From the IMG/VR virus record IMGVR_UViG_3300047157_000197, positions 211,971-275,970 of that record: a stretch of DNA of 64,000 nt; one strand, 5' to 3'. The translations under genes were made by a program, and so were the position numbers. A model generated the notes under the pieces. The model was given only the letters and a program-made list of their open reading frames with translations. It did no database searches and had not been told where the DNA came from. Shown one piece after another: positions 1 through 10,458 of the stretch. Within the stretch, counting starts at the first letter, position 1. The number at the start of each line of letters is the position of its first letter.

Positions 1-2
1 CT

Positions 3-368
3 AATCCTGGTCATCCACATTTTTCATTTCAATATCAAGGTAGAGAGTTAGATTATTACGATAGAGAAATAGAATGTACATCACCACATCTTTTAGATTC
101 AGTTCATTGGTGTGATTCATTTGAAAAGTTTCCCCAACATATTGGAAAAGAAGGTGAGTACTTTACTACAACATCTCGTTATGGTAATTGGACAAACAAT
201 CCTTGTTTATATAAAAAAGATTTTTATTTAGAAACAGTAAAACAATTCGCAGGTGAGGGGATTGCATTAGAAGGTAACATCTCAAAGTGGTGGGCTAAAC
301 AAACTTACAAAGTTGCACATGGTGAGGGATTATTCAAACATATAGATGAGGGTAAACATGGCAGATAA
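3..368 (+). CDS. 5'-truncated glycosyltransferase-like (GT-A) protein, C-terminal part
   Basis: Open frame from the window edge (NPGHPHFSF...WTNNPCLY...GLFKHIDEGKHGR*) ending TAA 366-368; lies in a glycan operon; not in the ORF track. Confidence 0.55.
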   Translation, partial: NPGHPHFSFQYQGRELDYYDREIECTSPHLLDSVHWCDSFEKFPQHIGKEGEYFTTTSRYGNWTNNPCLYKKDFYLETVKQFAGEGIALEGNISKWWAKQTYKVAHGEGLFKHIDEGKHGR

Positions 369-1728
369 AATTAAATTAGTTATATTCGATTTAGATGGGG
401 TTCTTGTAGAAGCAAAGAACATTCATTATGATGCACTTAATGATGCATTGGGTAAGGAATATGCAATTAGTTGGAACGAACACTTATCTACTTACGATGG
501 ATTAAAAACCAATCAGAAGTTAGATATGTTAACCGAAAGAAAAGGATTACCTACATCATCTCATACAGATATTTGGATTCATAAACAAAAACTAACTTTA
601 GAAAAACTAAAACAATTAGAACCAAGTGATGTTCTTATTGAATTAATGGATAGTTTAGTTGAACGAGGATATAAAATAGCAGTATGTTCAAACTCAATTA
701 GAAAAACAGTTCTAACTGTACTTTCAAAGTTGGGTATTATGGAATTTATGGATTACATTATTTCAAACGAAGATGTTGAAAATAGTAAACCACATCCTGA
801 AATGTATTGGAATGCAATATCAAAGATGAAATGTTTACCAGAGGAAACTTTGATAGTAGAAGATTCACCTTATGGATTACTTGCAGCAGCTCGTTCTAAA
901 TCACACATACTTAGAGTTAAGAATACAAAACAAACTAATTTAAAAAACATAAATAACAAATTAAAACAAATAGAAATGGGAGAACAACAATCAACACCAG
1001 CATGGAGAGATGAAACTTTAAATGTTTTAATTCCAATGGCAGGAGCAGGAAGTAGATTCCAACAAGCAGGATATACTTTTCCAAAACCACTTATTGAAGT
1101 AAAAGGAAAACCTATGATTCAAGTAGTGGTAGAAAATCTAAATATCAAAGCAAACTTTATCTATGTAGTACAGAAAGAACATAGAGAAAAATATAACTTA
1201 GATACTTTGTTAAATTTAATCACACCAAATTGTAAAATTGTTGAAGTAGATGGTATTACAGAGGGTGCAGCTTGTACTGCATTACTTGCTAAAGAATATA
1301 TAGATTCGGAAAATCCTTTATTCTTCGCTAACTCAGACCAGTTCGTAGAATGGGATTCAAATGAGTTCTTATATAAAATGAACGAAACAAATGCAGATGG
1401 TGGGATTGTATCATTTAGAGCAACACACCCAAAGTGGAGTTTTGCTAAGATAGATGAACAAGGATTAGTAACTGAAGTTGCTGAAAAGAATCCTATATCA
1501 GATATTGCAACAGTTGGATATTACTATTGGAAGAATGGTTCTGATTTTGTAAAGTATGCAGAAGAAATGATTGAAAAGATGTTCAGAGTAAATGGAGAAT
1601 TCTATGTTTGTCCTGTTTTCAATCAAGCAATTGAAGATGGAAAAGAGATTCGTACATTTGATATTCCTAAGATGTGGGGATTGGGAACACCAGAAGATTT
1701 GAAAGAATATTTGGAAAATTATAAATAA
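358..1728 (+). CDS. HAD phosphatase fused to a sugar nucleotidyltransferase-like domain (BcbE/GT2_BcE-like)
   Basis: N-terminal HAD motifs FDLDGVL, KPHP, VEDS; C-terminal IPMAGAGSRF...PKPLI nucleotidyltransferase motif and LGTPEDL; likely start ATG 358. Confidence 0.85.
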   Translation: MADKIKLVIFDLDGVLVEAKNIHYDALNDALGKEYAISWNEHLSTYDGLKTNQKLDMLTERKGLPTSSHTDIWIHKQKLTLEKLKQLEPSDVLIELMDSLVERGYKIAVCSNSIRKTVLTVLSKLGIMEFMDYIISNEDVENSKPHPEMYWNAISKMKCLPEETLIVEDSPYGLLAAARSKSHILRVKNTKQTNLKNINNKLKQIEMGEQQSTPAWRDETLNVLIPMAGAGSRFQQAGYTFPKPLIEVKGKPMIQVVVENLNIKANFIYVVQKEHREKYNLDTLLNLITPNCKIVEVDGITEGAACTALLAKEYIDSENPLFFANSDQFVEWDSNEFLYKMNETNADGGIVSFRATHPKWSFAKIDEQGLVTEVAEKNPISDIATVGYYYWKNGSDFVKYAEEMIEKMFRVNGEFYVCPVFNQAIEDGKEIRTFDIPKMWGLGTPEDLKEYLENYK

Positions 1729-1743
1729 TTTCGTATATTTGTA
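1710..1743 (+). promoter_or_regulatory. Bacteroidota sigma70-type promoter
   Basis: TTTG-N20-TATATTTG directly upstream of 1751. Confidence 0.7.
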
Positions 1744-1750
1744 AGTAGAT

Positions 1751-2203
1751 ATGATATTAATAGCACATAGAGGAAATATAAATGGTAAGGTTGAGAAGTT
1801 TGAAAACACTCCAAGTTACATAGATTCTGCTATTGAACAAGGTTACGATGTTGAAGTAGATTTACGATATCATCAACATGAATTTTGGTTAGGACATGAT
1901 TATGCAAAATATGAAATTAATTTAAAATGGTTAACTGATAGAAAAGATTCTTTATGGATACATTGTAAAGATTTAATAACAATTGATATGTTAAGAGAAT
2001 TACAGATTCATAACAAAGTTGATTTACATTATTTTTTCCATAATGATGATGATTGTACGATAACTTCAAAAGGAGATTTGTGGGTTTATCCAGGAAAACA
2101 ACCAGTAAAAAATAGTATAGCAGTAATTCCAGAATGGCATCGAGATGATGTTAGTTTATGTAAAGGAATCTGTTCAGATAATATAATAAATTTTAAAGAA
2201 TGA
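1751..2203 (+). CDS. GDPD/PLC-like phosphodiesterase domain protein
   Basis: IAHRG, EN, VEVDL, LGHD, WIHCK motifs. Confidence 0.75.
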   Translation: MILIAHRGNINGKVEKFENTPSYIDSAIEQGYDVEVDLRYHQHEFWLGHDYAKYEINLKWLTDRKDSLWIHCKDLITIDMLRELQIHNKVDLHYFFHNDDDCTITSKGDLWVYPGKQPVKNSIAVIPEWHRDDVSLCKGICSDNIINFKE

Positions 2204-2634
2204 GTAAAATAGGATTTACAGCAGGTAACTTTGATTTACTACATCCTGGTTACATTTATACTTTTGAAGAAGCAAAGAAACATTGTGATAAGTTTTTTGT
2301 ATTTCTACACGCAGACCCATCTGAATATAGAAATAATAAATACAAACCAGTAGTTCCTTTATATGAAAGGTATAAAACTCTAATGGCTATTAAATACATT
2401 GATGCAGTTTATACTTACAAAACAGAGGAAGAATTATTAGATTTAATTATACATTGGAAACCTGATATAAGAATATTAGGTGAAGATTATATTGGGAAAT
2501 CATTTACAGGAGATGAATTACCTATTGAAGTTATTTACACTACTCGTTCACACGAATGGTCAACAACTAAAATTAAAAATCTAATTACAAAACAAACAAT
2601 TAAACAAAATCCTGATATACTAAAAGATGAATAA
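2200..2634 (+). CDS. TagD/RfaE-type cytidylyl/adenylyltransferase
   Basis: GNFDLLHPGY (HIGH-like), GEDY, STTKIK. Confidence 0.8.
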   Translation: MSKIGFTAGNFDLLHPGYIYTFEEAKKHCDKFFVFLHADPSEYRNNKYKPVVPLYERYKTLMAIKYIDAVYTYKTEEELLDLIIHWKPDIRILGEDYIGKSFTGDELPIEVIYTTRSHEWSTTKIKNLITKQTIKQNPDILKDE

Positions 2635-3829
2635 ACCAGAACAATCAATTCCATTATTTAAAGTTTACATGAACCCATCAGCAAAAGATGCGGCATGTGA
2701 AGTATTAGATAGTGGATATATAGGACAAGGACCAAAAGTAGATGAATTTGAAAAACAAATTGGAAATTACTTTGGTAATAAAAAAGTAGTAACTACAAAT
2801 GCAGGAACATCAGCATTACATTTAGCATTACATCTTTTGAAGAAACCTAAAGAAGATTGGAATGAAGATGTATTTCAAGGAATTGCATTTGTATCTCACA
2901 ACTGGCCAGGTATTCAAGATGGTGATGAAGTTTTAGCAACTGCTCTAACTTGTACTGCTTCAAATTGGCCAATCGTAGCGAATAACCTTAAAATCAAATG
3001 GGTAGATATAGACCCAAAAACTCTTAATATGGATTTGGAAGATTTAGAAAGAAAATTAACTCCAAAAACAAAAGTTATTATGGGAGTTCATTGGGGTGGG
3101 TATCCATTAGATTTGGAAAAAATAAGAGACATCAGAGTTAGATTTAGAAAAGAACATGGGTGGGCTCCTGCTTTGATAGAAGATGGTGCACATTCAATTG
3201 GTACAAAATACAAAGGAGAGTATTTAGGTAATCATGGAAACTTCGTAATGAACTCATTACAAGCAATTAAACACATCACATCAGTAGATGGTGGTATATT
3301 ATATTGTCCACATGAAGAATTATACGAAAGAGCTAAATTACTTAGATGGTATGGTATTGATAGAAGTCCAAAAGGAAGAACTGATTTCAGATGTGAGGCA
3401 GATATAGAAGAATGGGGATTCAAGTTCCACATGAATGATTTGTGTGCAGCAATTGGTATGGAAAACTTTAAATCAGTAGATACCATAATTTCTAAACACA
3501 AAGATAATGCACAATATTATGATGATAATCTAAAAGATGTAAATGGAGTTACCTTATTGGAAAGAGAAGAAGGATTTGAATCTGCATTTTGGATTTATAC
3601 AATGTTGGTAGATGATAGACCATCTTTCTATGAGTATATGAAAGAGTGTAACATTACAGTATCTCAAGTACACGAAAGAAATGATAAACATAGTTGTATG
3701 GCTGAATTTAAATCAGAACTACCTAACTTGGATAAAACAATTGGTAAGATAGTATCTATACCTGTTGGTTGGTGGGTTACCAATGAAGAAAGAGAATATA
3801 TTGTAGATTGTATTAAAAAATGGAAGTAA
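2627..3829 (+). CDS. DegT/DnrJ/EryC1/StrS sugar aminotransferase
   Basis: GTSALHLA, EDGAHS, SLQAIKHITSVDGG (PLP lysine). Confidence 0.9.
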   Translation: MNKPEQSIPLFKVYMNPSAKDAACEVLDSGYIGQGPKVDEFEKQIGNYFGNKKVVTTNAGTSALHLALHLLKKPKEDWNEDVFQGIAFVSHNWPGIQDGDEVLATALTCTASNWPIVANNLKIKWVDIDPKTLNMDLEDLERKLTPKTKVIMGVHWGGYPLDLEKIRDIRVRFRKEHGWAPALIEDGAHSIGTKYKGEYLGNHGNFVMNSLQAIKHITSVDGGILYCPHEELYERAKLLRWYGIDRSPKGRTDFRCEADIEEWGFKFHMNDLCAAIGMENFKSVDTIISKHKDNAQYYDDNLKDVNGVTLLEREEGFESAFWIYTMLVDDRPSFYEYMKECNITVSQVHERNDKHSCMAEFKSELPNLDKTIGKIVSIPVGWWVTNEEREYIVDCIKKWK

Positions 3830-4242
3830 CCTTATTATCATTATTGGAAAGTGATTTGCCATTTTTAATTGAAGTTAGAAATGATGAATCAACTCGTTCT
3901 CAATTAGGAAATGATTCTTTATTTACATTAGAAGATTCTACACAATGGTTTAAAAAAGAACAACCAGAGTGGTTACTTATTATAAACCATAATTTAACTA
4001 GAATCGGATACATGAGAATAGATGGTGATACAATTGGTATTGATATTCATCCTAATTTTCGTAGAAAAGGATATGCAAGATTGGCATATCAAAAATATTT
4101 AGAAGATACTGATTATGCAGACCTTTGGGTTTTTGAAGATAATCATGCTAAGAAACTATATGAAGAATTAGGATTTGTAGAAACAGGTGAATACGAAACG
4201 TTAAGAGATAGAAAGTATTTGAAAATGATATACGAAAAATGA
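3820..4242 (+). CDS. GNAT N-acetyltransferase (PseH-like)
   Basis: FRRKGYA acetyl-CoA loop, N..AKKLYEELGF; follows the aminotransferase. Confidence 0.8.
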   Translation: MEVTLLSLLESDLPFLIEVRNDESTRSQLGNDSLFTLEDSTQWFKKEQPEWLLIINHNLTRIGYMRIDGDTIGIDIHPNFRRKGYARLAYQKYLEDTDYADLWVFEDNHAKKLYEELGFVETGEYETLRDRKYLKMIYEK

Positions 4243-4949
4243 AAGTAGCATTAATGTTGACAGGACTTGCTAGAAAAGTTCAAGAAGGATATGATGGTTT
4301 TTGGAAATATATTATTGATAATAATGATGTGGATTTATATCTTCATGCTTGGGAATCTAAACCAGATGAAGTAACTAATAATGAAGATAGTGATATTGTA
4401 CATCAAGTTTATCCAAATGCAACTTATGTTAATATTGAGAAACCTTTTAAGTTCACAAAATACAGAGAAGGTATAAAAACACCAAGAGATGATAAATCAA
4501 GACCTCTTACAGATTTTGATGTATTCAGTAATTTTAGAAGTTTTCCTATGTATTATTCTTGGCAATCTACTTATGAAAATATCAAATCTTCAAACATTGA
4601 TTATGATTGTATTATAAGAAGTAGATACGATATTGGTGGAGATAATTTAAATATATCTGAGTTTGATTTAAATAAAATATTCACATCAAATCATCATTGG
4701 AAAAACAGTCATGTTCACGATGATAATTTTTACATATCAAATCAAAGTAATTCTGATAAAGTATTTCCTACTATATTTGAAAACATAGTTGAATTTAATA
4801 GAAGTAAAGGTATGATGGATAGTGCAGAAGAAAATCTAACTAAGTACTTAGAAAGAATAGGATTAATAAATATCTCAGAAAAATCAGATAAAATAAAATT
4901 TGATTTATTAAGAGATAATAAAGTTTGGTGGCCAAAAGATATAAAATGA
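4239..4949 (+). CDS. putative glycosyltransferase-like protein
   Basis: KVALMLTGLAR, YLHAW, YDCIIRSRYD pattern seen in capsule-locus proteins. Confidence 0.5.
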   Translation: MKVALMLTGLARKVQEGYDGFWKYIIDNNDVDLYLHAWESKPDEVTNNEDSDIVHQVYPNATYVNIEKPFKFTKYREGIKTPRDDKSRPLTDFDVFSNFRSFPMYYSWQSTYENIKSSNIDYDCIIRSRYDIGGDNLNISEFDLNKIFTSNHHWKNSHVHDDNFYISNQSNSDKVFPTIFENIVEFNRSKGMMDSAEENLTKYLERIGLINISEKSDKIKFDLLRDNKVWWPKDIK

Positions 4950-5620
4950 AAATAGGAATTAACTTAGTAGGAGTATCTTATAACAATGCAATAACTGGTG
5001 GACGTTTACGAAACTATGAAGATGCAATAGAAAACTTTCATACTTACATTGTAGAACCATTTAGAGAAAAGGGATATAATGTCCAATTTTATTTATATAG
5101 TTACGAAAATGAAAAACAAGATAAGATAATAAACGATTACAGACCTTGTATGAAATCGCAATTCGTAAAACCAGATTATAATAAATTAGGTGGTGGGACA
5201 AAAGTTTCTGAAGGATACAAAGTTATGTCAGTTAGTTATCTAAATAGTTTAGAACAATTAAAGAATCAAGATTTAGATTTAATTATATCAACTAGATACG
5301 ATATTAAGTTTCTTAAAAATCCATTTGAAGAATATAATTTTGATTTTGATAAAATGAATTTCTTATGGAGAGAACCAGAACTTAAAGATTTACCATTAGT
5401 TAATGATACTTTTTTGGTATTTCCATATAAAATGTTAGATAATGTTGTTGATTCTATAATTGAAATGGAAGAAAATCCACCACAAGGTAAAAATATAGCA
5501 ATGCATAATTGGTATTTACCCATGGTAAATCAAGTTGGAGAAGATAAAGTACAATGGGTTGACGATGAATTCAGAACCGCAATACAGAATGAGTTATACA
5601 TATTAACAAGAAAGACATAA
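4946..5620 (+). CDS. putative glycosyltransferase-like protein, paralog-like to 4239
   Basis: KIGINLVG, DLIISTRYD; likely start ATG 4946. Confidence 0.45.
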   Translation: MKIGINLVGVSYNNAITGGRLRNYEDAIENFHTYIVEPFREKGYNVQFYLYSYENEKQDKIINDYRPCMKSQFVKPDYNKLGGGTKVSEGYKVMSVSYLNSLEQLKNQDLDLIISTRYDIKFLKNPFEEYNFDFDKMNFLWREPELKDLPLVNDTFLVFPYKMLDNVVDSIIEMEENPPQGKNIAMHNWYLPMVNQVGEDKVQWVDDEFRTAIQNELYILTRKT

Positions 5621-5623
5621 TAT

Positions 5624-6382
5624 ATGAATAAATTAATAAGTGGATATTGGTGGGCATGGAAAGAGATAGAAGCAGGAAAGAAATCTATGCAAACTCTAAG
5701 AAAGTATTATCCTGATGCTGATTTGTTTATTAATGTAGATTATGAAGGTGATGTAGATGGTTATACCAAAGTAGGTAAAGAACTAAATGCAACAGTTACT
5801 CGTAATAATTTTCAGTTAGGATATTGTGGAAACTTTGGTGATAGAGATATAGGATATGATTATTGGTCAAAAGAAAAAGCAGTAGAATGGTTAAGAGGAG
5901 TATATGATGCTTGTACTAAAACTGATTCAAAGTATATGATGTTGTTTGAAGAAGATGATTTTGTATTAAAGAACATCTCAATCTTAGATACAGATTTTTC
6001 AATAGCAATTCATCCAACTGCACCATCACCAGTTAGAATGAGACCAAATCTAATACCAAAACAGTTTTTAGATTATTCTAAAGAGATTGGTGGTATTGGA
6101 GATTGTCCTGGTTATGCAAGTGGTGGGGGAACTATTTTTAATAGAGAACATTATATGGATAGTTACGAAAGAATATTAGATAAGTTTACAGATGTATATG
6201 ATGATTTCTGTAAAATAAATAAAATATTTGGTTGGGAAGATTTTTTATTCCAATACATTTTTATGTTAGGTGGATATGAAGTTACACAAAATCATGATTT
6301 ATGTGAACTATGGGAAGTACCAAACTTTGAGGGATTTGAAATATTAACTGGTTGTAAAGACCCAAACTTAATTACACTATAA
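5624..6382 (+). CDS. putative GT-A glycosyltransferase
   Basis: YMMLFEEDD (DxD-like), GGGTIF, GWED. Confidence 0.5.
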   Translation: MNKLISGYWWAWKEIEAGKKSMQTLRKYYPDADLFINVDYEGDVDGYTKVGKELNATVTRNNFQLGYCGNFGDRDIGYDYWSKEKAVEWLRGVYDACTKTDSKYMMLFEEDDFVLKNISILDTDFSIAIHPTAPSPVRMRPNLIPKQFLDYSKEIGGIGDCPGYASGGGTIFNREHYMDSYERILDKFTDVYDDFCKINKIFGWEDFLFQYIFMLGGYEVTQNHDLCELWEVPNFEGFEILTGCKDPNLITL

Positions 6383-7191
6383 TGGATGATGATACTTACA
6401 CAATACTAGGTTGTATTACAAAATATAAGGCAGATGATATAAGACCTTATGTAGAATCAATTGAACAGACAGGTTTTAAAGGTAGAAAAGTAATGTTGGT
6501 ATATGATGTACCACAAGAAACTATTGATTATCTTAAATCAAAAGGATGGGATTTGTTTGGAGGAGAACTTCAACAACATATAATCTTACAGAGGTTTAGA
6601 GATTTATATAAACTATTAGGTTCAGAAATAAAAGGTACAGTTATTTGGACTGATGTTAAGGATGTGATATTTCAAAAAGACCCAACTGATTGGATTGAGC
6701 ATAATATGGAAGATGATATATTATCATTCTCAGAATGTATCACATTTAAAAATGACCCTTGGGCGTGTGTAAATGCAGGAACTTCTTTTCCTATGGAGTG
6801 GGAATGGTTACAAAATAAAACATCTTATTGTGCAGGAACTATCGTTGGTGATGCTTGTTATCTTAGAGATTTATTCATCGATATTTACAGATGGAGTATG
6901 ACAAGTTCAAACCCAGGCCAGTTATCAGACCAAGCAGCTTATAATGTGTTAATTAACTTACATCATATTAGTGATTGTGTTCAAACAGTAAAACAGGAAG
7001 AGGGATTTGTTACCCAATTAGGAACTGTGTTGGTAAAGAAAGATGAGTTTAAAGATGTTCTATTAGAACCAACACCAATCGTAGATGAAAACTATATAGT
7101 AAAGAATCAAAATGGAGAACCTTTCTGTTTAGTACATCAGTACGATAGAATACCAGCATTTAAAGAATTTATTTATAACAAATACAAATAA
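6382..7191 (+). CDS. putative GT-A glycosyltransferase
   Basis: WTDVKDVIFQ, SDQAAYN, HQYDR. Confidence 0.6.
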   Translation: MDDDTYTILGCITKYKADDIRPYVESIEQTGFKGRKVMLVYDVPQETIDYLKSKGWDLFGGELQQHIILQRFRDLYKLLGSEIKGTVIWTDVKDVIFQKDPTDWIEHNMEDDILSFSECITFKNDPWACVNAGTSFPMEWEWLQNKTSYCAGTIVGDACYLRDLFIDIYRWSMTSSNPGQLSDQAAYNVLINLHHISDCVQTVKQEEGFVTQLGTVLVKKDEFKDVLLEPTPIVDENYIVKNQNGEPFCLVHQYDRIPAFKEFIYNKYK

Positions 7192-8084
7192 TGAAAGTAG
7201 TAATATCAATTTTCTGTTTACCATATGAGATAGATGATTTGGAAAATACACTAAATCAACTAAAGAAGGCATCTTATTATATAGATAAAAAAATAGATTG
7301 GTGTTTAGATGTAACGATGTGTTTGGCAGATGATATGGTAAATTGGAATAAATCATCTTTACCAAAGAAGTTTTTTGAAGATAAATTATTAAAATTATTA
7401 TCAATAACAGATTGGTGTACGAAGAATATTCAAACTTCAACAGAAATAAAAGGATGTGTATCTCAGAGAAGATATTCTTTAGAAAAACATAGAGAAGCAG
7501 ATTACTTTATTTGGTTAGATACAGATATTATATTTGATGAAAGAACGTTGTTCTATATCGAACAAAGTATAAAAGGTACAAATAAAGATTATTTACAAAC
7601 AATCATTACACCAGAAATTGTTAGAGTTTGGGATAATACTTGGGATTGTATTGTAAATGAACAATTCTTAGATAAACCACTTGAATATCAAAAAACAAAT
7701 GACCCTTATAAAGATAGTGGTATCAAAGGAGATATTAGTATTGTACCTGTAAATAATTCAAACTCCCCTCAATCAAGATTTAAATTTGCAGGAGGATGGT
7801 TCACTTGTATAAGTGGAAAACTTCTAAATAGAATTGGAATACCAGATTCATTTGCTCACTATGGTTATGAAGATACCTTTTTAATGGTGGGTAGTGAAAA
7901 ACTCGTTAGAGAACAAAATGAAGAAATTCATCAATTCAAAATAAAAAACCTAGTAGTTTGTGAAAACTACAAATATAGAGGACATTATCATTACCTAAAT
8001 TCTCTCTCAGTTTACGATAGAAGAGAGGAATTTAAAAAAATATCCCATGATAATTTCATATCAGAAGTAAAAATAATACAATAA
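7191..8084 (+). CDS. putative GT-A glycosyltransferase
   Basis: FIWLDTD, GGWF, YGYED. Confidence 0.55.
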   Translation: MKVVISIFCLPYEIDDLENTLNQLKKASYYIDKKIDWCLDVTMCLADDMVNWNKSSLPKKFFEDKLLKLLSITDWCTKNIQTSTEIKGCVSQRRYSLEKHREADYFIWLDTDIIFDERTLFYIEQSIKGTNKDYLQTIITPEIVRVWDNTWDCIVNEQFLDKPLEYQKTNDPYKDSGIKGDISIVPVNNSNSPQSRFKFAGGWFTCISGKLLNRIGIPDSFAHYGYEDTFLMVGSEKLVREQNEEIHQFKIKNLVVCENYKYRGHYHYLNSLSVYDRREEFKKISHDNFISEVKIIQ

Positions 8085-8155
8085 ACCTACCCTTTAGAAT
8101 CTAATACCTATATTTATTGTTGTAAGAAATTACTTACATAAAACAAGTTATACCC

Positions 8156-8212
8156 AACATTCCCCCAAAAAGGGCAGTTCTACTTAACAATCCCCATAGA
8201 GGGCAGTTCTAC
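8156..8212 (+). repeat. tandem 27-28 nt repeat with CCC/GGG hairpin in the operon leader
   Basis: aacattcccccaaaaagggcagttctac / aacaatccccatagagggcagttctac. Confidence 0.8.
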
Positions 8213-8284
8213 AAATAAGAGTAGTTTTAGTAAATCGTTTTTTAAATTAGTTACAGTAATCTATTAATAATATAGGAGATTACT

Positions 8285-8794
8285 TTGAAGTACGCTACAT
8301 TAAATGTATTTAAAATATTCATTTTATGTATCTTTGTTTTATTACCGACAGGTTCTAATGAGATACATACAAGTGATGACAACCTCATTAAAGTCGGTGA
8401 AGTGACCAACGAAATCCGAATGGGACAGTTTGCAGGTAACCGAAACCTAGCAGTTGGTGTCAAGAATATCCTCGAAGAATTATTAATGGATTTAGATTAT
8501 GATTTATCAGACCAAGCATCTACGCAAATAAATGTAAGATTGGTCTTTTTTGATATAAAAAATATTGGAACATCGGTTGCGGTGTTTCATAAAGATGTTT
8601 CATTAACGCAAATTATTGCGATTGGTGAATTAGAAGTCAAGGGAAAAGTTAAAAAACGTACTACTCAAAAAGGAACGAGTAAAACAATTTCTACTAGTAC
8701 TCTTGTAGTTGCACAAGACGGAACATTTAACCAACAAACAGCCTCAATTGCTTTAAAGAAAGTATGTGAGGCAATTATTAAGGATTTATTATGA
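8285..8794 (+). CDS. exported CsgG/HfaB-like (TolB-N fold) protein
   Basis: TTG start with GGAG; hydrophobic signal; LAVGVKNILEELL...SIALKKVC pattern parallels 11855. Confidence 0.45.
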   Translation: MKYATLNVFKIFILCIFVLLPTGSNEIHTSDDNLIKVGEVTNEIRMGQFAGNRNLAVGVKNILEELLMDLDYDLSDQASTQINVRLVFFDIKNIGTSVAVFHKDVSLTQIIAIGELEVKGKVKKRTTQKGTSKTISTSTLVVAQDGTFNQQTASIALKKVCEAIIKDLL

Positions 8795-10440
8795 AAAAAA
8801 TTTTATTATTATTAATTAGTGTATTTTTTACACTATCTGTATCTGGTCAGAATGACCCCGCTGAGATAAATTATAGTCCAGTAAATACAGTAACAAAAGT
8901 AGGGGATACTTTAGTTATGAAGTTCCAATACAACAAACAAGATGGAGGAGATTTGACATTAGCTCAATTCGATTTCGAATATAACAACAAATTGTTATCT
9001 TACATCTCAAGTACCTCACAAGCACCAACAGGTGCATCATTTGCTAGAAACAATTGGACAGGGTATAAGTTTGTACCTAAAGCAAATACATCAGAAGATG
9101 ATATGGATGTACAATACACTTGGTGGAAAGATGAAGCAGGAAATGCTTCCTATTCTACTTCTGCTGATTGGAGTGTAGAGAGAACTACAATCCAAACCTC
9201 AGCTGCATACGAAGATGGTGGAGAATTTGTAAAGTATAGCTTCAAAATAAAGGATAAGTTTGGTAGTGGGTATGATAACTACAACAATATCATTAAAGTG
9301 AATTGGGCAAACTACCAAAAAGCAGATGGAACAAAAATTCAAACTATTAAATCACCATCTACACAATCACTAAGTGGTATCGAGGGTGGTAATGCTGGTG
9401 CATTTACTATTAACCTTAAAACTGCAAATTCAACTAAAACAGATTATTCTTATACTATTAAGAATGGTGCAGGTGAATCAGTTGCAACTGGTACTTTTGA
9501 TGAAAGTGGACAAGCATCTGTAAGTGGTTTAGAAAACAACGTAACTTATACTGCTGAAGCAAACTTAGCCGAAGATGCAACTTACTTAGATGAAGTAGTT
9601 ACTGTATCTGATTTGGCATTAGTATTCGCTGAAGCAATTGGAGCAGGTTCTGGTCCAAGTGGTGGTTCAACTACATTTGATTATTTCATACAAGATATAA
9701 TGGGTGATGTTGTTGGTAGTGATAATGGAGTAGATTTCCAAGATTCATATGAGATACTTGCTTACCTACAAGGTGTAACAAGTGGTAATACAAACTTAAT
9801 CACACAAGATGGACAAACGGAAGATTATAGTGGTATTGAATCTACATATGGTGCAGTTACTAATAATACAGTAACCTTCGCTAAATCATTCACACCAATT
9901 GATTCAGATGCTACTTCTAAAACAATTGATTTAGCTCATGGTTTAAGAGGTGATGTAAATTTCTCTCACTCATGGGAGCCGAGTGTATCAAGTGGTGAAA
10001 AAGCAACATCAGCTCAAACATCATCATTTAGAATATCATCGGCAGCTGGTTCTAAATATAGTCAAACAGAAACAGCAAATATCGATTTAATATCTGAAAT
10101 AAATGATGATGGAAGAGTAGTATTTTCAATTAATTCTGAGATTGAAGATATGGTTGGTTCTCAGTTTAATATCGTATATGACCCTAACATATTATCTTTA
10201 GAAAATGTAATATTTGATACTGGTAATGAAATGACTAACTTTTCAAACGTAATCGAAGCAGGGTATGTAAGAGTTGGTTCATTTGACCAAAATGTTAGTT
10301 CAACAGTTAAAGCAGGAACACCATATCAATTAATATTTGTTCCAGTTGAAGATATATCAAATGCATCAGGTTTAATTTCGTTTAGAGTTAAAGAAGGTGT
10401 AAAAGCAGATGGAACACAAATTAATTTTATAATACAATAA
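8791..10440 (+). CDS. secreted protein with N- and C-terminal cohesin-like domains and a dockerin-like Ca-binding region
   Basis: Signal peptide; AQFDFEYNNKLLSY and SQFNIVYDPNILSL cohesin-like strands; VTVSD, GDVVGSDNGVDFQDS, GDVNFSH. Confidence 0.65.
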   Translation: MKKILLLLISVFFTLSVSGQNDPAEINYSPVNTVTKVGDTLVMKFQYNKQDGGDLTLAQFDFEYNNKLLSYISSTSQAPTGASFARNNWTGYKFVPKANTSEDDMDVQYTWWKDEAGNASYSTSADWSVERTTIQTSAAYEDGGEFVKYSFKIKDKFGSGYDNYNNIIKVNWANYQKADGTKIQTIKSPSTQSLSGIEGGNAGAFTINLKTANSTKTDYSYTIKNGAGESVATGTFDESGQASVSGLENNVTYTAEANLAEDATYLDEVVTVSDLALVFAEAIGAGSGPSGGSTTFDYFIQDIMGDVVGSDNGVDFQDSYEILAYLQGVTSGNTNLITQDGQTEDYSGIESTYGAVTNNTVTFAKSFTPIDSDATSKTIDLAHGLRGDVNFSHSWEPSVSSGEKATSAQTSSFRISSAAGSKYSQTETANIDLISEINDDGRVVFSINSEIEDMVGSQFNIVYDPNILSLENVIFDTGNEMTNFSNVIEAGYVRVGSFDQNVSSTVKAGTPYQLIFVPVEDISNASGLISFRVKEGVKADGTQINFIIQ

Positions 10441-10458
10441 TAAAAAGGAAACAGAAAA

